Origin: a virus
Taxonomy: Duplodnaviria > Caudoviricetes
Strand: one strand, 5' to 3'
Length of the DNA: 37,517 nucleotides
Virus record (IMG/VR): IMGVR_UViG_3300020044_003662
Location: 1 to 37,517 of that record
Part shown: positions 35,589 to 37,517 of the stretch, piece after piece
How the letters are laid out: each line of letters opens with the position of its first letter
How positions within the stretch are numbered: the first letter of the stretch is position 1
Position numbers and translations under genes: made by a program
The notes under the pieces: model-generated
Told to the model about the DNA's origin: nothing
The model's input: only the letters and a program-made list of their open reading frames with translations
Database searches by the model: none

Positions 35589-36457
35589 CCGAGTATTTGC
35601 GGTTTCACCGGGATTCATCCACGGCAAATGATATTGACCCTCAAAACGATTGCTTGTCTTACATTTCGGACCGATATGAACTGAACATCGAGCAAAGGTT
35701 TTGGTTGGCTTTCCTGTTTGGCACGTGTTACTGCGCACCAACGGTTTTTTATCTGTACAACGAATTTCCCGATTACAGCACGGTCGATGTAGGCCGCTTA
35801 GAGCGTTTTTGGGCCCATAACAAGCAAAAACTCGTGTTTCAGACCGACCGAGCAAGGGTCCGAAGCAACGATGAGTTTGTAAATTGCTTCAAGTCCTACA
35901 GGGCTATCGTAGGCCCGAACCAAGAGCAATTCTTCAAGCGGCTCAAGCACCCGTCAGCGGTCGAAACGTACAAAAATGCCCTCAAAGCCCTTGGAGGGCT
36001 TCACTACTTTGGGCGGTTCACGATGTTCATTTACCTTGAGATGGTATCGGTCCTAACAGACGTGAAGATGGTTCCACACACGCTAGACCTACGCAATGCT
36101 GAAAGTTGCCGCAACGGGATTGCCCTTGCTTTAGGCCGTCAAGACATATTCACGCATTTCACTGACAAGCCCCTAACAGACGCGAACTATGCGGACCTCG
36201 AAAAGGGTTTCCATCGCATCGTGGAGGCCGTACAGTACATGCCCATCCGTCACCAAGACATCTTCAACATCGAAACAACCCTTTGCGCCTACAAAAAGGT
36301 CAAACTAGGCAAACGCTATGTAGGCTTCTACATCGAGCGTATGCGCAAGGAAATCGAGGTCATGGAAAAGAACGTGCCAAGAGGCGTAGACTGGTCCGTG
36401 TTGTACGACTTCCGTAAGAAAAACTACCAACCCCGATTCCTGAAGGAAAAGCAATGA
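35576..36457 (+). CDS. Amino acid:DNA transferase-like protein (aGPT-pyrophosphorylase superfamily, HhH-glycosylase-like fold)
   Basis: FWLAFLFG.CY, FQTDR, YFGRF..FIYLE, ETTLCAYKK...YVG.Y motifs; neighbouring genes. Confidence 0.75.
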   Translation: MDNITEYLRFHRDSSTANDIDPQNDCLSYISDRYELNIEQRFWLAFLFGTCYCAPTVFYLYNEFPDYSTVDVGRLERFWAHNKQKLVFQTDRARVRSNDEFVNCFKSYRAIVGPNQEQFFKRLKHPSAVETYKNALKALGGLHYFGRFTMFIYLEMVSVLTDVKMVPHTLDLRNAESCRNGIALALGRQDIFTHFTDKPLTDANYADLEKGFHRIVEAVQYMPIRHQDIFNIETTLCAYKKVKLGKRYVGFYIERMRKEIEVMEKNVPRGVDWSVLYDFRKKNYQPRFLKEKQ

Positions 36458-37230
36458 AACGTGTTGACCTCGTTCAAATCCCTCACAGCGTCAAGATTGG
36501 CGACACTTGCGGTCATATCGAACCGAACGTGACAGAGGACTGCGTGTTTTATGCTGACGGTGAGCCTGTAGGCTTTTACATCAAGGAAATAACGGGCAAA
36601 TTGAGGCAGTTCATTGACGTTGCTAACGCAGAGTTGCTAACAGACCGTGTCCCGAAAAGCGTGATGAGGCGTTCAAGCGGCCTAACAAACGCTGAAAACG
36701 AAGTCGAGCAATACAGCACCATCATCGGCTCATGCCCTCCCAAGCCTCATATGCGTAGGCCCTACCCAACAATGTCGAGCGTTCACACGGTCAAATCGGC
36801 TAACACGTTCATCAAGGCAATGATGCTTGCTTGTAGGGAGTCCGAGCAACTCATCAAAGAGATAACCCCAAGCATCTATGAAAAACAGAAGTCAATTATT
36901 GAAACCAAGGTCCCTCCGCAATGGCGGTTTGGCGACTTGTTCACATCGAGCATTAGCAATTTCAACATCAGCGCACCTTTCCACCGGGATGCCGGCAACC
37001 TCGAAGGCTGTGTCAACGTCATCATCGCTAAGAAGCACAACGCCCGGGGTGGTAACACGACTGTTCCAGACTACGGCGCGACAGTGGACAGTCGAGATAA
37101 CTCCATGCTTGTTTACCCGGCTTGGCGTAATGTCCATGGAGTAACCCCCATAGTGCCCACCCAAAAGGGGGGCTATCGTAACAGCCTAGTGTTCTATCCA
37201 CTCAAGGCCTTCAACACGTATTGGGACTGA
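36454..37230 (+). CDS. TET/JBP-like 2-oxoglutarate/Fe(II) dioxygenase
   Basis: FTSSISNFN, HxD (FHRDAGN), distal His (HGVTPI), 2OG-binding RNSLVFY. Confidence 0.85.
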   Translation: MKRVDLVQIPHSVKIGDTCGHIEPNVTEDCVFYADGEPVGFYIKEITGKLRQFIDVANAELLTDRVPKSVMRRSSGLTNAENEVEQYSTIIGSCPPKPHMRRPYPTMSSVHTVKSANTFIKAMMLACRESEQLIKEITPSIYEKQKSIIETKVPPQWRFGDLFTSSISNFNISAPFHRDAGNLEGCVNVIIAKKHNARGGNTTVPDYGATVDSRDNSMLVYPAWRNVHGVTPIVPTQKGGYRNSLVFYPLKAFNTYWD

Positions 37231-37386
37231 TGCCATACTTACCTTCAAACAACAAGTGTTCGCAACTCGGGTGTAAGGAACCCCGTAGTAAATTGAACTC
37301 GTATTGTGTAGCCCACGGTGGCAAGGACTGGAGCAAGACCGAGTCATCGAGCATCTATCAAACACCGGCATGGCGAAGCATCAGGG
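37230..37386 (+). CDS. Packaging-associated HNH endonuclease, N-terminal part (3'-truncated)
   Basis: MP....CSQLGC....YCVAH...YQTPAWRSIR, typical of HNH genes ahead of terminase; TGATG-coupled; cut by the inverted end segment. Confidence 0.7.
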
Positions 37387-37517
37387 CGCGTCTGTTAGAG
37401 GCTTGTCAGTGAAATGCGTGAATATGTCTTGACGGTTTAGGGCAAGCGCAATTCCGTTGCGGCAACTTTCAGCAATGCGTAGGTCTAGCGTGTGAGGGAC
37501 CATCTTCACGTCTGTTA
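37387..37517 (-). repeat. Diverged inverted copy of 36054..36184 (10 mismatches in 131 nt) at the contig end
   Basis: Direct base-by-base comparison. Confidence 0.92.

Noticed and set aside
35145-35855. 236 aa - strand ORF over the amidotransferase/transferase genes
   Set aside because: It is antisense to motif-bearing coupled genes and has no recognisable features.
36054-37517. Diverged repeat pair as a diversity-generating retroelement TR/VR
   Set aside because: Mismatches are not adenine-specific and are mostly synonymous, the copy is inverted at the contig end, and no reverse transcriptase is present.
1-37517. tRNA genes, integrase/att site, DNA methyltransferase, DNA polymerase
   Set aside because: None were recognisable by eye; tRNAscan and profile searches would be needed to exclude them fully.

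Overview
A near-complete (about 37.5 kb) genome of a tailed dsDNA siphovirus-type phage with an HK97-fold head. No integrase, repressor or DNA polymerase is visible. The + strand carries: terminase large subunit fragment, portal, prohead protease, TWO tandem paralogous capsid genes split by an intrinsic terminator, head-tail joining genes, tail genes (with a -1 frameshift chaperone pair), tape measure, tail tip, collagen (Gly-Pro-Thr) and FN3/Gly-rich fibres, a GT2-TPR glycosyltransferase and lysis genes. A - strand early block follows (YqaJ exonuclease, ERF recombinase, DUF932, small ORFs separated by a repeated structured RNA element). A second + strand block encodes a DUF1376-like replication initiator with iterons and nin-like genes. 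The most notable locus is a coupled five-gene cassette at 33947-37230, next to the packaging HNH gene: ParB, P-loop kinase, class II glutamine amidotransferase, amino acid:DNA transferase-like protein and TET/JBP-like 2OG-Fe(II) dioxygenase. It reads as a post-replicative DNA base hypermodification pathway that needs no nucleotide-pool enzymes. GCWGC and CCWGG sites look strongly avoided. Both contig ends are inverted copies of internal sequence and are probably chimeric artefacts. All family calls come from motif recognition by eye, not database searches.
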